Source of the DNA: Phoronis australis
Lineage: Eukaryota > Animalia > Phoronida
Length of the DNA: 64,000 nt
Direction: 5' to 3'
Assembly (NCBI GenBank): GCA_002633005.1
Contig: NMRA01000059.1
Span: 103,610 to 167,609 of the forward strand
The position numbers were made by a program, and so were the translations under genes. The notes under the pieces are model-generated. The model had not been told where the DNA came from and searched no databases. It saw only the letters and a list, made by a program, of their open reading frames with translations. Shown in pieces: positions 1 to 14,500 of this stretch; within the stretch, counting starts at the first letter, position 1, and each line of letters begins with the position of its first letter.

Positions 1-580
1 GTTCATTTGCCTATTAATTGCCAATGCCAAGGTCGTTAGGTTGTAAATTTTTTTCAGTTAGGGACACAATATGACAGACCAGTGAAATTTCATGTTGTCA
101 TTAAAAATATCGAGCAGTAAATTTTTCGTACTTTTAGCATGCTGTGTGTGATATAGCTGTCACAATATTTTGAACAATTTTGAGGTTTATTAAGCCTCTG
201 AAAATAGAGAAATTGCTGCTTTTGCTAGATTTTTGTCTGAAATTGAAGAATTTCTTTGTAATTGTCAGTATTCCAACATTCAGGACCATTTCCCTGGGTT
301 TCTTTTACACTCCTGACGATGATAGTGCGGAACAGAAACTTAAGTGATATCAGGTGTTGTGTTGAGATTTGTCATGTATTGAAAATTGAATTTGGTTTTG
401 GTTGCATTGTGTTGAGTACAAAATAGGACAGTTTGAATACTATTTATGAATTTCACCATGTTAAAACTGTTGTATCCATAGTTTGTTGTTATAGTTAATT
501 CACCTCAGCCATTGTTTGTAATGAGATTTGACTACAATGTCAACTACTCAGTTATACCTTTCACACAGAGTTACAGCTCA

Positions 581-727
581 ATTATACCTCTCACTACTAG
601 TAAACCCTCTCGAAGAGGGAGATAACAGCAGCACCCTTACATCTTTTAAAATTGGTGTGTACAGAGGGATAATATATTAACCTTTAAATTGGTATAAAGT
701 CTTTGGTGTGAAGAGGGTATACAAAAT
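581..727. mobile_element. Possible HINE/Helentron-associated or MITE remnant
   Basis: ttatacctctcac ... gtgaagagggtata inverted ends; internal hairpin ccctctcgaagaggg. Confidence 0.3.
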
Positions 728-2292
728 GGTACACACATTTTGTGAATATCACAGTGCTTCATTTAATGTACTGCCTCCCTTGTTTGTCCTCAAGTTGGCT
801 TTTCTCTGTTCACCTAATGACATTTTTTCAACTGTTAAATTGTCACTTGGACCATATATCTCCAACTAAATTCAACTCCAACCTTTTCACAAACTGGTTG
901 GCATTTTCTCATTGCCATTTAATCCCTGAGACCTCGACTACAATGACCGAGTGTTATTTGCACTGCCCACTTTTCCACAACAATTAAGGAAACTGTTCAT
1001 TGTTCATCCGTTCATTGTTCATCCGTTCATTGTTCATCCTAAACCAGCACTTCCCACTCCTGAACTTCTCTGTTGTATTCAACCTTTGTTTGAACACTTC
1101 AGTAGAATAAGTGTCCTTGAAACCTTGTTTTGATCCAACAGTTGGGGTTTGTTTTGCCTGCCTCTGCGGTTTTGGTGCCTTTTGTGTTCTCTTTGTTTCT
1201 GGGATCTTTCATTTTGACCTTGTGATGTATTATGTTATCTCTTCATATTTTGACTTTCTCAGAACAGTATCTCATCTGGTTTTCCCAACAGGAGGCAGCA
1301 CAGTAGACACCTGCTCAGAACACTGACTTTTAATTAATTGTTTTGCGTATGTTGGCAGCTACTGAACACTACGCTTACATTTTTGTGGTTGGAAGCTACT
1401 GAATACTACGCTACATTTGTGTATGCTGGCAGCTATTGAACACTACGCTGGCTTTTGCTGATTCTAGCTTCCTCTGGTTGCTGTCGTAAGTTCAGAGTGA
1501 CACACGCTACGCACAAAATATAATATTTGCCCAGTGTTCACATCAGTCATTACCAAGGGAGGCAATTTAAAAACGAGTATTGTGAATACATTCGGAATGG
1601 CGTGAAAACCCACAAACATGCAGAGACCCCTATGGGATACTACAGGGTAAAGACACAAGTGACTGAAGAGGACTAAATATGAATTATGTATTCATGTATA
1701 TTTATGTTCTCTGTTTTTGCAGTGAATATTGGGCACCACCATGTGCCTGCAAAGAGTGTGTGTTAATTCAAAACTTTGAGGAGAATAGACTTGGCAGAAG
1801 CCAGTTAAGTGTAGTATTCAGTAACACACATGTGTACAATGGACAAGTCATTAAGTGTATTAACTGGACTTCTACTGGACTTACCCGGTCGTATAAGTGT
1901 ACTTTTCATCTGTGAGTACTGCGTTGTCTTTACTTCATAATTCAACATTGTTTGTAGAGTAGTTCAAGTTTAAAATTGTTTGATAGTGAGTTTCCCTTGT
2001 CATCAGGAAAATTATCATTTTGGTCCGTTTTACACATTGGTGATGAAAAGATATATCCAGTCACAGAAGTTGTGATTATAGTCTGTGATTGATCTTGATA
2101 CATGAGAAGTTGTGAGTGTTTTTGATAACCTTATCTACTGTGATCAACTGTCCCCTCTGGCTGATTGTCACATACTGCAATCATTCATCAAAGTGTCACT
2201 CCCCAGCTGACCCCCTGGTTCAACAATTTTAAATCAGGGATACTGATACTGATAAACCACAACCTTCCAGGGTCCTGATGTTTTCTCAAGGT

Positions 2293-2462
2293 GTTATAAA
2301 ACTACCAATGTCTGGCTATTACCCATGCAGAGCACTCTGTTATGGGCAGAAACTACCAGTGTCTGAATTATTGCCCATGCTACGGTATGCACTCTGTTAT
2401 GGGCAGAAACTACCATTGTCTGAACTATTGCCCATGCTATGCACTCCGCCATGGGCATAAAA
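2293..2462. repeat. Tandem repeat, ~53-57 bp x3
   Basis: gcactctgttatgggcagaaactacca..gtctgaa.tattgcccatgc. Confidence 0.8.
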
Positions 2463-3954
2463 GTCAAGGGGCAATTCTTGTTGCTGACAGATTCTTTGTT
2501 TTGCAATTTCAGAGGAGTTCTTGATTGGACAATTGGTTCATTGTTTTTTTGTGTGAGCAATTAGTCTACATGTGTCCTCAGTGCTGCACCATTTTGATAG
2601 TGCAAACAATTTTTAAAATTCTGTAGAAACCACTCTACAGATACATAATTCTGTCGGTGCCATTCCAAGTGTGTCATGCATGTTGTCTCATGATTTAGTC
2701 GTCAAACTAATGGTGATGGTGAAATAATTTATCGAATGTTTTGTTTTTGACATGTGGTATGTGTGCAAGAACAAATTTAGGATTTTTGATATGGAGTCAC
2801 TCAAAATCACCTGATATCATGTTTTGTGTATCATTGCATTCCTTAATAAGCTGTACTGTCAGTTTATTGGATCAGTGAACAGCTTGAGTAATGATCGCAT
2901 TAATGACAACTCAGAAATATATGCTTGGTTGATCAGAAAAATGTTAAGTAATCATTCTAAGTATGATAATATCAAACACCCCTCCTCCATGAATGCTATG
3001 GTGACCTTTACAGCTCAATGTGCACACAAGCAGACATCATACTTCACTGCAAAAGTTCCAAAATATCAGAATTGTCCCACAAGATATCCTGGTGTGAAGT
3101 GGCCAGTTGTCCCCCATGTATTGTTGACATTGGCCTGCATATGATGTGTCTGATTGTTCTGCCAGCTGATGAGTGGGTGAGGAGGCTGCTAGCCAACAAA
3201 GGCGGACATTCACCTGTGTTCCTTGTGTAAACATAGTGTTTTGTGATTGGATGAAGAAATACACCAGTAGAGAAGAAGTAGGTCCTATGGCCTGTAGCTC
3301 TAACAATATCTTTTGTTGTGGAGGTCATTCTAAATTATTTGAAAAGAAGTCTATGTTTTTAACTGCACTTAAGTTTCAAATGACCAATAAACAAATTGTT
3401 TAAAAAGTATCCAAACATTGTACAACATATTGTGAACCTGTTGGTGTGGCAGCAGTTGATAAAATGAGGTTGAATTAGTTGAGTGAAATGACAACAGTGA
3501 GAAAACTGAATTTGCTCCTATAACTCAAACATTCCAGTTGTGCTGATCAATTACGGTATCAGTAGTGTCCATTTTGTTAGTGTAGGTTGTGCTACTAAGG
3601 TGCTGAGTTTACTACGAACCACTTTCTGTCATTGTACATAGTCTTGCATGATCTCCATTTCTTGCAAGTTCTCTTAAAGCTCCCTGAAGTTGTCTATAGA
3701 TAGTGTATCATAAAGGTCATGTTCAGTGACCACAGAATCTCAATTTTTAGTTTTATGTACACTCTTTTGTCACATCTGTAGGACCTCATCGAGAAGTTTC
3801 CGTTTCATGCAACTTTTCAGCTTTATCATAAAAATCATAAAAATGCAATTGTTCATAGCCCCTAACAACAGGGTGGATGAATTTCTGATTATATTTTAAC
3901 TTTTTTGAAATCAGTTCATAACCATAGTAACAGCAAGTTTCATATGCGTCACAC

Positions 3955-4035
3955 ATTTATGAGATACGTCACGATATTCCGAAAGTTGTCGAATTTGGAC
4001 ATTTTTCTGGAGTCTTACATGCCATAAACTTAGTG
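3955..4035 (+). repeat. Old dispersed repeat fragment (also ~7758-7830 and ~62821-62885)
   Basis: Shared tcgaa(a/g)gttg.c.aatttg(g/a)acatttt.ct(a/g)ga core in three places. Confidence 0.6.
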
Positions 4036-7000
4036 ATCAAATGCTCTCATTTGTTTGAAATCATGTATGCGAGTACAATCAACAATTCCATTATTTTTCT
4101 GAAATTAAGATTTTTTACTGCACGTGCAACTTGGTTCTTTCATAGAATGTTATGTCTGTGACAGTCATCATGTGTACCAGGTCCAGTGACATGTTGTATG
4201 CCTTATCTGTTTGGCCCATTTTCAAATGTCATATTTACCTATGATAGTAAGAGTGGTGTAAACAGACATGTGTTAGCCACCAGGTGTCACTGTCACTCTG
4301 TTCACTTAGTCTTATGTTTCAATTTATACTGCATCTTTAGACCTCATAGACCTCACCTGACAATCATACTCTTTCATTAGCATTCTTACCTGTATTTCCC
4401 TGGTATGATCACCTGTATCACCTGGCTATTGATGATAATGATGAAGTTATGAAAATTAATTAACAATTATAATGATAATGATAAAATGGTGACACAATCC
4501 TCTTGCATAGATGTCATAATTTAGTATTGCACATGACCTGAGCAATAAACCAATGCAAATGATTCAAAATTGGAACTGGAAGTGAATCTATGTGAAGTGT
4601 TGTAGTCCTGGGGAGTACTTGCATAGAAGACATGACGTGCCATCTGAAGGGTCACTTTTCACTAACAGTTTCTCTACAACAGGTTCCAATTTGATTCTTT
4701 ACAATATGTAATTGTTCATTTCTGAAGTCTCAGCCTCTACAAAAGGTTCCTTTTCCAATTTGAATATGCAAAAGGGATTTAAGAGTCTAGTTTTAAAGGA
4801 TTTACTCATTTTTCACAGCATGATATATATTGTACCAATACAGACTTGCGTCTTACAACATGATACATGTTGCACCATTACAGACTTGCGTCTTACAGCA
4901 TGGTATCTCTTTTGTACTGTTGCAAACTTAAAACATTTTTAAGTCCACTCTCTACGTGAATGGGCACATTTGCCTCCCAGTAAAATATAAATTTACTTGT
5001 CCTAATCCCCACCTAGTTGTAATTACCTAAAAGATATTTGCCTAGATCAGTTACTGACATGTGACTCTACTGCCTGATACTCAACTGCACATAACAATAT
5101 TGTACAACTTTGTCTGGACACAGTTATACAGTTTTGGTGTAATTCTACTTTCTGTAAATTTTGCCCGAAATCAAGTAAATGCTGTCGATGTTATGCTTTG
5201 TAATACAATGTGCTTTGAATGCATAAACCTTATAGTTCTCCTATTTGAAATACTGCCCTGTTGCTGCTTTATACAGGTAACTGGAATGTTTGATGTAAAG
5301 ACCTGCCTTAAAAGCCATAATCTTTGTGTTGAAGTTCCTTTTCAATGTGCTGTCTACACTCTTCACAAATCTTCTCCTCTGAGTGAAGACAGGAGTACTG
5401 GCAATTACCCCTCCAAATTGTTCAATATTAACTTAGATGCCAATTTTTGGATTTTTGACATTGTTTTCACACCTTAGCTTTTCTGTCAGTCTGCCAAACC
5501 AAAAATCCTATATTGTAACTAACGAATCAAATTTTCAAGTGGGCATTTAAACAACATGTTATAAGATTTTACTATTTCGACAAATTTTTATGGTAAACTT
5601 TGCTGCTAACTGTCTGGCTGACAGTCTATGCGGTGTCCCCGCACTGTGTGTTGGTTGGGGTGGGTGTAGGCATGGTTCTAATCTTGTCTCAACGCTTCAG
5701 TGCCTCTCTCAAGTCAGCTGGTATAGGTAGGGTTAATGACCAGAGTATTGTGCTGTGATAAAGTGACAGTGTAACCAAACCGGAATAAACATTTTCTGGA
5801 AAAATGATGTGTGGATTATCTCAACAATAACTTTCTAATTTTTTCAGATGATTTAATAATTTTTGTTTTTCTTAGGAAATTATTTTCAGTTCATTACATG
5901 GCTTGTAAAAAATATCTTGATAAAATTTCAGACATTGCAAATTGCTGGTCACTTTTTGTGTAAATTAACAACACTTGTAGAGTCCTGTAACATAGAATAT
6001 CCACGTAGCCAGCATGGTCTTGCTTATTTCTTTAACCTTCCTATGAAACTCCTTTGTTTGCTTTACCTGTGAAACTGAAAATAATTTTTGTGACCCATAC
6101 AGTGGGTGGGCGTATGGAGGTAATACCTGAGGTAGTGATACGGATGGTGCTGAAATTGGTGTGAACAGGAGGGTTAGGGGCTGTGACCCATACAGTTAGT
6201 AGGGGGTAATAAAGTAACCGAATAGTTGACTATTTAACAATGACAAGTGACACCCACCTAATACTGAGTCAGCTGTGGGCAATGAACGAGAAATTGAAAA
6301 GTACTTTTTTGTTCTGTTTTGTGAATATCCTGCTGGATCCGTAGTACTATTTACTGTGATATCATGAGATACCAGTACTGGATAGCTGCTCCTTGATATC
6401 TCATGATATCTTTACATGGAAGAATGCTAACATGAGAAATCAGGCAATGGTGGTGTTTAGTTTGGAGCATTATAAAAAAAGTTTAACATTATGTTTAAGT
6501 TTATTACACACTTTAACGCTATGTTTAGTTTATTACACAGTTTACACAGCACTATGTGTTCTTTATTACGTAGTTTAACATTATATTTTGTTTTAATGCA
6601 GATACATTAGTATTTCTTACTATGGTATTTATTTGGCCCAGTTAACGTTATTTCTAGTGGCCGTTTCAGTCCACCATATTTTCGTTGTGGCCTGATATCA
6701 CTGAGGGATCGTTTTTTGTGTTGTATTAAACAACCACTTATTCTTCGTCTCTCAGATTTTTTGTCTCTTGTTCTTACTTATTTTGGTAAGTCTGATATGG
6801 ACTGGTTTTCGCGCCCTCTGATTGGTCAGGTGGTGTATAGTGACATCTTATGCCCGGCGGCCTGAACAAAAAGTGATATTCCATTGGATTTTGGATATTT
6901 CCCAAAAATTTGATCACATGACTTTGTCTTTAAATAAAATTTAGCAAAAAAGGAAGGTCCATCGATTGCAAAACAGCGATTTCAAGAACATGATCAAATG

Positions 7001-7520
7001 TTCATGTAATATGTCTACAATGAAATCTAGGAATACTGGTAATGGATTTTAATTTGTCATTATGTTTTCATTTTGTACAATTTTTGAGTTTTTAATGAAA
7101 ATCACCTATGTCCATTTTTGTTTCCCCAATTCAAAAGTGGATCAATTCAAGTGGAGCAATTCCTAAAGCGTTTTGGATAAAACAAGTGTAACATGCGGTG
7201 TGACGTTTGCGTGACTTTCTTGTTACCCCCTTCGTTTTTCATTCTTTGCAGTTTTTCACACCTTCCGTGTCCTAACTGTGTATGTCTCCAGCTTATGCTC
7301 TGTGGTGGCATTACTACATCATCTTACTTCCACTTGAGAATGAAACAAGTATGTTTCGAAATATCGTGTACCTTTTATTCTTGTCTTTTGGTCAGTTACT
7401 TCTCCAAGGTTCCCTGAGTGTAGAGTTTTATTCCAAGCATACGAATGGAACAGAATAAAGACCGTTAATAAGGAAAAGCGTCGTGTGTTCAATCAATTTT
7501 ACATATGGGAAAAGTTGCTC

Positions 7521-7737
7521 ATGAAGTACAGCCAAAGTGTAGTACATCAAAGTGAAGTACAGGCAAAGTGTAGTACATCAAAGTGTAGTACATCAAAGTG
7601 AAGTACAGGCAAAGTGTAGTACATCAAAGTGAAGTACAGGCAAAGTGTAGTACATCAAAGTGAAGTACAGGCAAAGTGTAGTACATCAAAGTGAAGTACA
7701 TCAAAGTGTAGTACATCAAAGTGTAGTACATCAAAGT
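7521..7737. repeat. Minisatellite, 15/16-bp alternating units
   Basis: caaagtgtagtacat / caaagtgaagtacagg. Confidence 0.92.
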
Positions 7738-8601
7738 TTCGTGTGAATCCAATTAGTCACTTATGAGATATGTTTCGAAGTTGGCCAAATTTGAACATTT
7801 TTCTAGATTCCTGCACTGTGACAAAGTTAACAGCTCAAATTAGCAGCAAACAGGTAGTGATGCAAAATGTGACGTGATACAGTTAGTAACACAAGTCAGT
7901 GGTTAACAGTCCAGATTTTGTGAATGAAGTCAGCTGATAAACTACAAGTGTATAGATGACTTGTTAACTGTTCTAGTTGTAGCTAACTTATCAAATGTCA
8001 AGTGTTTACCCTTCCTCAGCTGCATATTTCTAATGCTTCTAACTCTGCCTTCAACACTAGTCAGTGGTCATACATGGGTTGTATGTCCAGGGGTACAGAT
8101 TTATGAACTTGTGTCATCTGCCTCTCTCATCTGGGAACCTTTGTGGATTGTCACAGAATTTGGTTATACTTTTGGGAGTCATGTTTGTATGATGGTTTTG
8201 TCAGGTTTCTTAGTGCACTCAATGATTTCTAAGTTTCTCAATTTGCAAGTTATTATATAAAACACTCAGATAGGTTTGGTATCCAGAGCATTTGGCTGGA
8301 GTGGGGGTGCTAAGATCATACCTGTGTGAGTGTCTAGGCAGTGGGTTGGGGTTAGATGATCCATCTGAATCCAGTGGGCTTGACTGACCAGCGGGCTTGA
8401 CTTACCAGTGGGCTTGGCTGACCAACAGTGGGCTTGACTGACCATTAGGAGTGGCTGACCAGTGGGCTTGATGCCAGTAATCCTGACTCCGTATACTGTA
8501 GTTTGGTAATTTAGACTCTTAGCCAAGTCTAAATTTAACCGCGGTTTTTTGCACCTCATGTGCTTCTTTGTTTAGTAATTACTGAGTTATTTTAAGGCCT
8601 G

Positions 8602-9009
8602 TGCCGGGTTGCATGAAACAGTCCTAAATAGAGACTCAACTAAATTCCATAAATCTTTTGCCTATTTGTGTCTTTCCTTACTGACAGATGTAAACTTTTT
8701 GTCACTTCAGCTTTATTATGAGTTCCTGTTTAACGACTTGATATTTTCTAACAATATAATTAAAAATTGAACCCTGAATTCAATGAGAATAAATAGGAAC
8801 TTAGTCCCTAAATTAGGAGCATTGCATGAAAAGATCCTTTTTTATTTTCGATAATATTGAGAATTCAATGTCCAGCTCACTCGCTATTTGTATCAAAGCC
8901 AAAAGTTGACTTAGTAGTGAAACTAAAACAGCATAAGGAAGGACAATTAGCATTTTCACAAATCCTCTTGGTTGAGTCCCTATTTGGGACTGTTTTATGC
9001 AACCGAGCA
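8602..9009. mobile_element. PIF/Harbinger-like MITE
   Basis: ~40-bp TIRs tgccgggttgcatgaaacagtcctaaatagagactcaac / gttgagtccctatttgggactgttttatgcaaccgagca; 3-bp TSD CTG. Confidence 0.8.
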
Positions 9010-10417
9010 CTGAAGGTCATTTTTGTGTTACGTATAGTTGCGTCTACTTCCAATTTCAGAATTTCACATCCGTTTCTATAAATAATAAAAATAGTATTCT
9101 ATGCAATATTCAAAACTACAAAATCGAGAACATGATCAAAAATTTACAAAGTAATTTTTTTATAAGTGTTCTGAATCCTGTCTCTTTTATTTTTGCTTAC
9201 CCCATATTTTTTTTTAGTATTTGGGGTAGAAGAGTATTTCCAGATAATATTTAGAAAAGCCATTGACGTATTTCAATGAAACCAATGCCACCTACCAATT
9301 TTGAGCAGATTACAAGTGCTATGTCAGTTATGTCATTCTGTGGCCATCTTTGTATCTGCCATGAAATGAGGTGGTTGACTAAACCTAATTTTTGAATGCC
9401 AAGTGCCTGATTTATATTTGTTTTGAAATGTTGAAAACCTGTTTTATTTTTTAAGCTTTGATTTTATGTTACTTTTAGAAAGTGGGTGTCAACACTTTCG
9501 CAGCATTCTCTTGTGGTCAAATTGTTGTCTCCTCATACTTTACAGGAAACTGATTCCAAATTGATATCCTTCGTAGAAACTTACATTTGTGGTGCATTGT
9601 GGGTACACATCGACACCTCACAGTGCTCATAATTATTTTGCCAAAGGAAACCTTCACTCAGTGATATTTTTTAGTTGGAAAATTTGGTTACATATAAAGT
9701 TCTTTTGTTTTTTTTTTGTTTTAAGTTTTATTAAGTCCCAGTTGAGAGGATTTGACTGTCTATTAAATGTAATTTTTGTTCAAATTGATCATGTCCAGAA
9801 GATGTGTTTATATGTGCTTATCAACAGTAAAGGATGTGCTGGTGTCGTTGGTGCCATGTTGGTATGTGGTGATTGGCTGTCCTTGCATAAAGCTCCAGCC
9901 ACATGCACAAGTCTCAACAGATAAGTCCTAAATAAACATATCACTCTTGAGCTGTAAATTATGGCCATCAAGTATAAATAGGTATGCCCTTCTGACAGTT
10001 TAGTTATTCTCTTTAAGTTGGTCAAAGTTTTAGGCATGCCAATCCTTAAGGTACTTTAGAAACACACAATAGTTTCCATAACACATTTCTGATATATTGT
10101 GTATTGTAGTGTAAATATACAGTCATGAAATTATTATCTCTTTGTGACTAATTTGATGTGGTTTACTTATCAAATCAGAAGACATCTTTTACTTTTTGTT
10201 AGTGTTGGAATTGTGGTTCAGTTTACAAAATACATTGTTTTTAATGTGTATTGGTCATCAAAATACCCGTGTATTAATCAGTTCTTCAGTTCTGACATTG
10301 TATTTCATAGCCACATCTGCATGTCCTAATTTGAGAAAAATGTATGAGCAACATTCTTTTTCGTGTACCATTTTTCTTGCAGGTTTCCAACTTTATCATA
10401 CTCCACCCCCACATCCT

Positions 10418-10668
10418 CTCAGGCCACCACACACATATCAGGCATCACCGGCCCAGGCTGAATGTCCTGTTGTGGCTACCTCAGGCCACACATATATCAG
10501 GCATCAATGGCCCAGGATGAATGTCCTGTTACATGGCTATCTCAGGCCACCACACACAGATATCAGACATCAAAGGCCCTGGCTAAATGTCCTGTTATGG
10601 CTACCTCAGGCCACCACACACATGTATCAGGCATCACCGGCCCAGGCTGAATGTCCTGTTATGGCTAA
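10418..10668. repeat. Tandem repeat, ~60 bp x4
   Basis: ctcaggccaccacacacatatcaggcatcaccggcccaggctgaatgtcctgtt..ggcta. Confidence 0.9.
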
Positions 10669-10700
10669 GTGGCTGATTTATAACCATAGAAATGATCAAA

Positions 10701-11010
10701 CCTGGTCCATAATATGCTGAGTTTGTACTCACTAGTCTATAGCACACCCTGGTTTGGTCCATAATATGCTGAGTTTGTACTCACTAGTCTGTAGCACACC
10801 CTGGTTTGGTCCATAATATGCTGAGTTTGTACTCACTAGTCTGTAGCACACCCTGGTTTGGTCCATAATATGCTGAGTTTGTACTCACTAATCTGTAGCA
10901 CACCCTGGTTTGGTCTATAATATGCTGAGTTTGTACTCACTAGTCTGTAGCACACCCTGGTTTGGTCCATAATATGCTGAGTTTGTACTCAGCAGTCTGT
11001 AGCACACCCT
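10701..11010. repeat. Tandem repeat, 52 bp x6
   Basis: ggtccataatatgctgagtttgtactcactagtctgtagcacaccctggttt. Confidence 0.95.
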
Positions 11011-11291
11011 TGACAAAGAGCGCACCGCTCGAAACGTGGGGGATATTTTAATATATTTTAGTGGTTTTAGTTTAACTGTTTTATATTTTTATCTGTTGGT
11101 AACTGTATGGCATTCCAGCATCAGTTTTATCGTTAAATGAGTATTACATAAGTCTGTCAGTCTTCTGAGAGCTGACCTTACTGTGAAGTGACCCCACTAG
11201 GAACTGACCTCATTGTGTGACTGCCTGTTGTGATTGTACATCCACCTTCTCTTGTGCAGCTTCAGAAGTATTGTCCTTTCGTATGTTTTAG

Positions 11292-11532
11292 GTTCTTCAA
11301 AGCCGAAGACATCTGAGGGATGTAAACTTGCATGTGACTGTAAAGTGTCAAAGTGGTCTCAGTGGTCATCATGCTCTTTATCGTGTTATGAAGCCGGACA
11401 GGACGCGCCGCGAGGCATCATCCAGCGAACAAGAACTGTGTTGCGTCATCCTCGTCATGGTGGCTTGAACTGTCCATCGCTGGTGGACACGAAACAATGT
11501 GATAAAAGATTGTCGGTGCCAGAATGCCCGAG
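11292..11532 (+). CDS. THSD7A: THSD7-like exon (SSKPKTSEGCKLACDCKVSKWSQWSSC...PECP)
   Basis: ttttag|gttctt ... ccgag|gtgaga; TSP1 motif; phase 1 to 2. Confidence 0.9.
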
Positions 11533-14500
11533 GTGAGACAAACACAACAGAGGCGGGCTTGATTTGTATGACATTTAAGGTATCCACTTTGTGATAGTTT
11601 CGGAATAATGTGATGAGTGTAGGGCTGCACCCGAAATAAATGAAAACCATGGTATAGCACTGTTGGTTCAGTTCAGCACTACAGATCTTTGTTTTCGGTT
11701 CGGTTTTGATAAGGGGCACCTTACGGCCAACCAACATGTATGTACTGTGTTCCATGAATGGGGTGAGTAGGTTGTCAGTCAAAGCTTTTGATTNNNNNNN
11801 NNNNNNNNNNNNNNNNNNNNNNNNNNNNNNNNNNNNNNNNNNNNNNNNNNNNNNNNNNNNNNNNNNNNNNNNNNNNNNNNNNNNNNNNNNNNNNNNNNNN
11901 NNNNNNNNNNNNNNNNNNNNNNNNNNNNNNNNNNNNNNNNNNNNNNNNNNNNNNNNNNNNNNNNNNNNNNNNNNNNNNNNNNNNNNNNNNNNNNNNNNNN
12001 AGGCATAGTCTTCTTGTAGTGCAAGGCATATATTGTGCAGGCCTCAGATAGGCATGGCCGTGTTGTGCAAGGTAGGTATGGTGCAGGCCTCAGATGGGTA
12101 TAGCCTTCTTGTGGTGCAAGGCGTATATTGTGCAGGCCTCAGATAGGCATAGCCTTCTTGTTGTGAAAGGCATATAGTGTGCAGGCCTCAGATAGGCATG
12201 GCCGTGTTGTGCAAGGTAGGTATGGTGCAGGCCTCAGATGGGTATAGCCTTCTTGTGACGCAAGGTGTATATGGTGCGGGCCTCAGATAGGCATAGCCTT
12301 CTTGTGACGCAAGGTGTATATGGTGCGGGCCTCAGATAGGCATAGCCTTCTTGTGGCCTTCCTTAGGCTGTTGGTTTCTCTGTACATTATCACATTTTAT
12401 TGCTGATGTTTTTCCCTTGTTGATCGTTCCAAACATTTCAACAGTCACCTCCTCTCTTAAGTGTGTTTTTCAATATGTTAATGCAAGTGTTATGATTTTT
12501 GTTCATAATCAGTGTATATGTTTTGCATTTTGAATTTCTTCTCTAAAAGCAATTGTTGTTTAACGAGTCAGTCTTGAGTGTAGTTCAATGTCTAGATGTT
12601 GTCCTCCTGTTGATCTGTTTTGTCTGTTTCTGTTACTGCGTCAAAGTCATTATTTTCAGAGAATGAATTTCTCTGAACTTTATGACATATTGTTTACAAA
12701 AGTGTGAGTATATTCTAACTTGTTTTTTGGACTGTTTTTACAATTAACCAGTAACATGAGTTTTTCTATTACCCATGTTTTTATTTTTGCTCGGTTCAGA
12801 GTTTGGTCTTTGACACTCAGGTTGATGACTCATGCTGTGTTGTTCCATTTACCAACTGTAGAAGGAATTTGAGTTATTTCCAACTTACTTTGGAAGAGAG
12901 ACATTCTTGTTGTTTCTGTGACCACTTTCAATTGGTGAAATTTAATACAAAACAGGAATAATACACAGAAATAATAGTAATAATACACGGAAATAATAAC
13001 AATGATACGCGGAAATATTAACAATGATACACGGAAATAACATGAGGTGAAACTGAACTAAATGTTTTATAGTAAACCTCATTTATTGTTACTCTAGGTA
13101 ACTAGTTTAGTGAGAATGCAATATTCAATTTTTTCCATCACGTGAAGTAGTTTCAAGCAACTTAGTTGTGAAAAACAACTGTATACAGTTGGGTCAAATG
13201 TGTGTGTTGATGATGTGCGAAACTTTGGCAATAGTGAAACATAACCCTTGACACCAACCAGGTTACTGACATCACCTTAGATGATAAATGCATAGTCCAG
13301 TTGAGCTAACACCAATTACCTCATAATCTATTGTAAAATTATGCCACCTGCCTGGTTGTCTTGGTTACAATGGCACAGGTGCAGGCACCTGTCACCAACG
13401 GTTTGCCTCACTGGTTTGGAATTTCCTGTATTCTTGGACTCTCCCTACCAACCACAAGTTGTGGGTTCAACAGATATGACCAACACACCAGTCGCATGTC
13501 ACATCTGGTTAGAATAGGCGCCTTTTGATGCAGGAGCAGCCCTCCAGATGGGGGGGTGTGGTCACATGACCACACCATGTGTGGAATGACATGTCACTTC
13601 AGCTTATTCATGTTTGGCATCAGTTCAGTTTTCACTGGGTATTCAGAATATAGACATCTTTAAAATGTTCAGTTATAGCCTGAGAGCCATTCTAGAGTTT
13701 TTTACACAAGTTAATGTTCCTAATTTACACAATTACAAAAAAAAACAAAAGACTGTTTCGTTTGTTGGTTATGTTGGTGTATCTCATGTTTACCAAAGAC
13801 ATGTAATGAAAGAGTTGTGTTAGTGACTTGTGACAGTCCTTTGGTGGTTACATTAAACGTAAAACAGTCTGCATGTAGTCATATGACTCACAACTAACAT
13901 TAACTTGCCTGGAGTTAATTTTCCACGTAAGGCAAAAAGCAAAGTTTGTTCTGGGCTCTACCCTGATTCACTTTAGTGATCTGCACTTGCCGGACTACAA
14001 ACACGCCCACCTACATGAATTTCTCCCAAGGTTTCATTATTTTTGAGAAGCTGCTCAAAGGTACGTAGATGAAGACAAGCAAGGTTTTAAAAATTGTGAA
14101 GTGCCAAGCAATAAATAATAAATACAAATCAAATTCATTTTTGCTCGTTGTGCATTTTCTCTTTTTTTTGAAAAAGTGAATAAGTAAAAAACACCACATC
14201 ACTGACTCGATTTTCAGAAAACAAGTGTCAAACTTAATTGTACATTTTGACTTAACGAGGACTCATTAGAGTACTGTTACCAAGAATTTTGTTTTTTCAA
14301 AACTGAGTGTGAAATGAAAAGTTGCACGCTGATTAGGAATGTGTAGTGAAGAACTAGGAATGAGAGTGTTAAGAGCAGTGTTCTTGTTTGATAATTAAAT
14401 TGGACATATCTTTGTCTGATTCATCTTAATGAAACAAGAATTTGTTACACATTAAACTTGTCTTTTAAAAACTAGTTTAAAAATTACTGGTAAAAGACTG

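Noticed and set aside
307-360. CTGACGA...GAAAC hammerhead-like core
   Set aside because: Stem II barely pairs and the cleavage triplet would be GUG; at best a decayed remnant.
10701-11010. CRISPR-like appearance of regular repeats (also 25574-26119 and 39896-40089)
   Set aside because: Units are head-to-tail with no unique spacers, there are no cas genes, and the context is eukaryotic.
1-11291. Upstream THSD7 exons or a nested gene
   Set aside because: No TSP1-like or other coherent coding segment with splice signals was found; this is most likely one long intron, though a micro-exon cannot be excluded.
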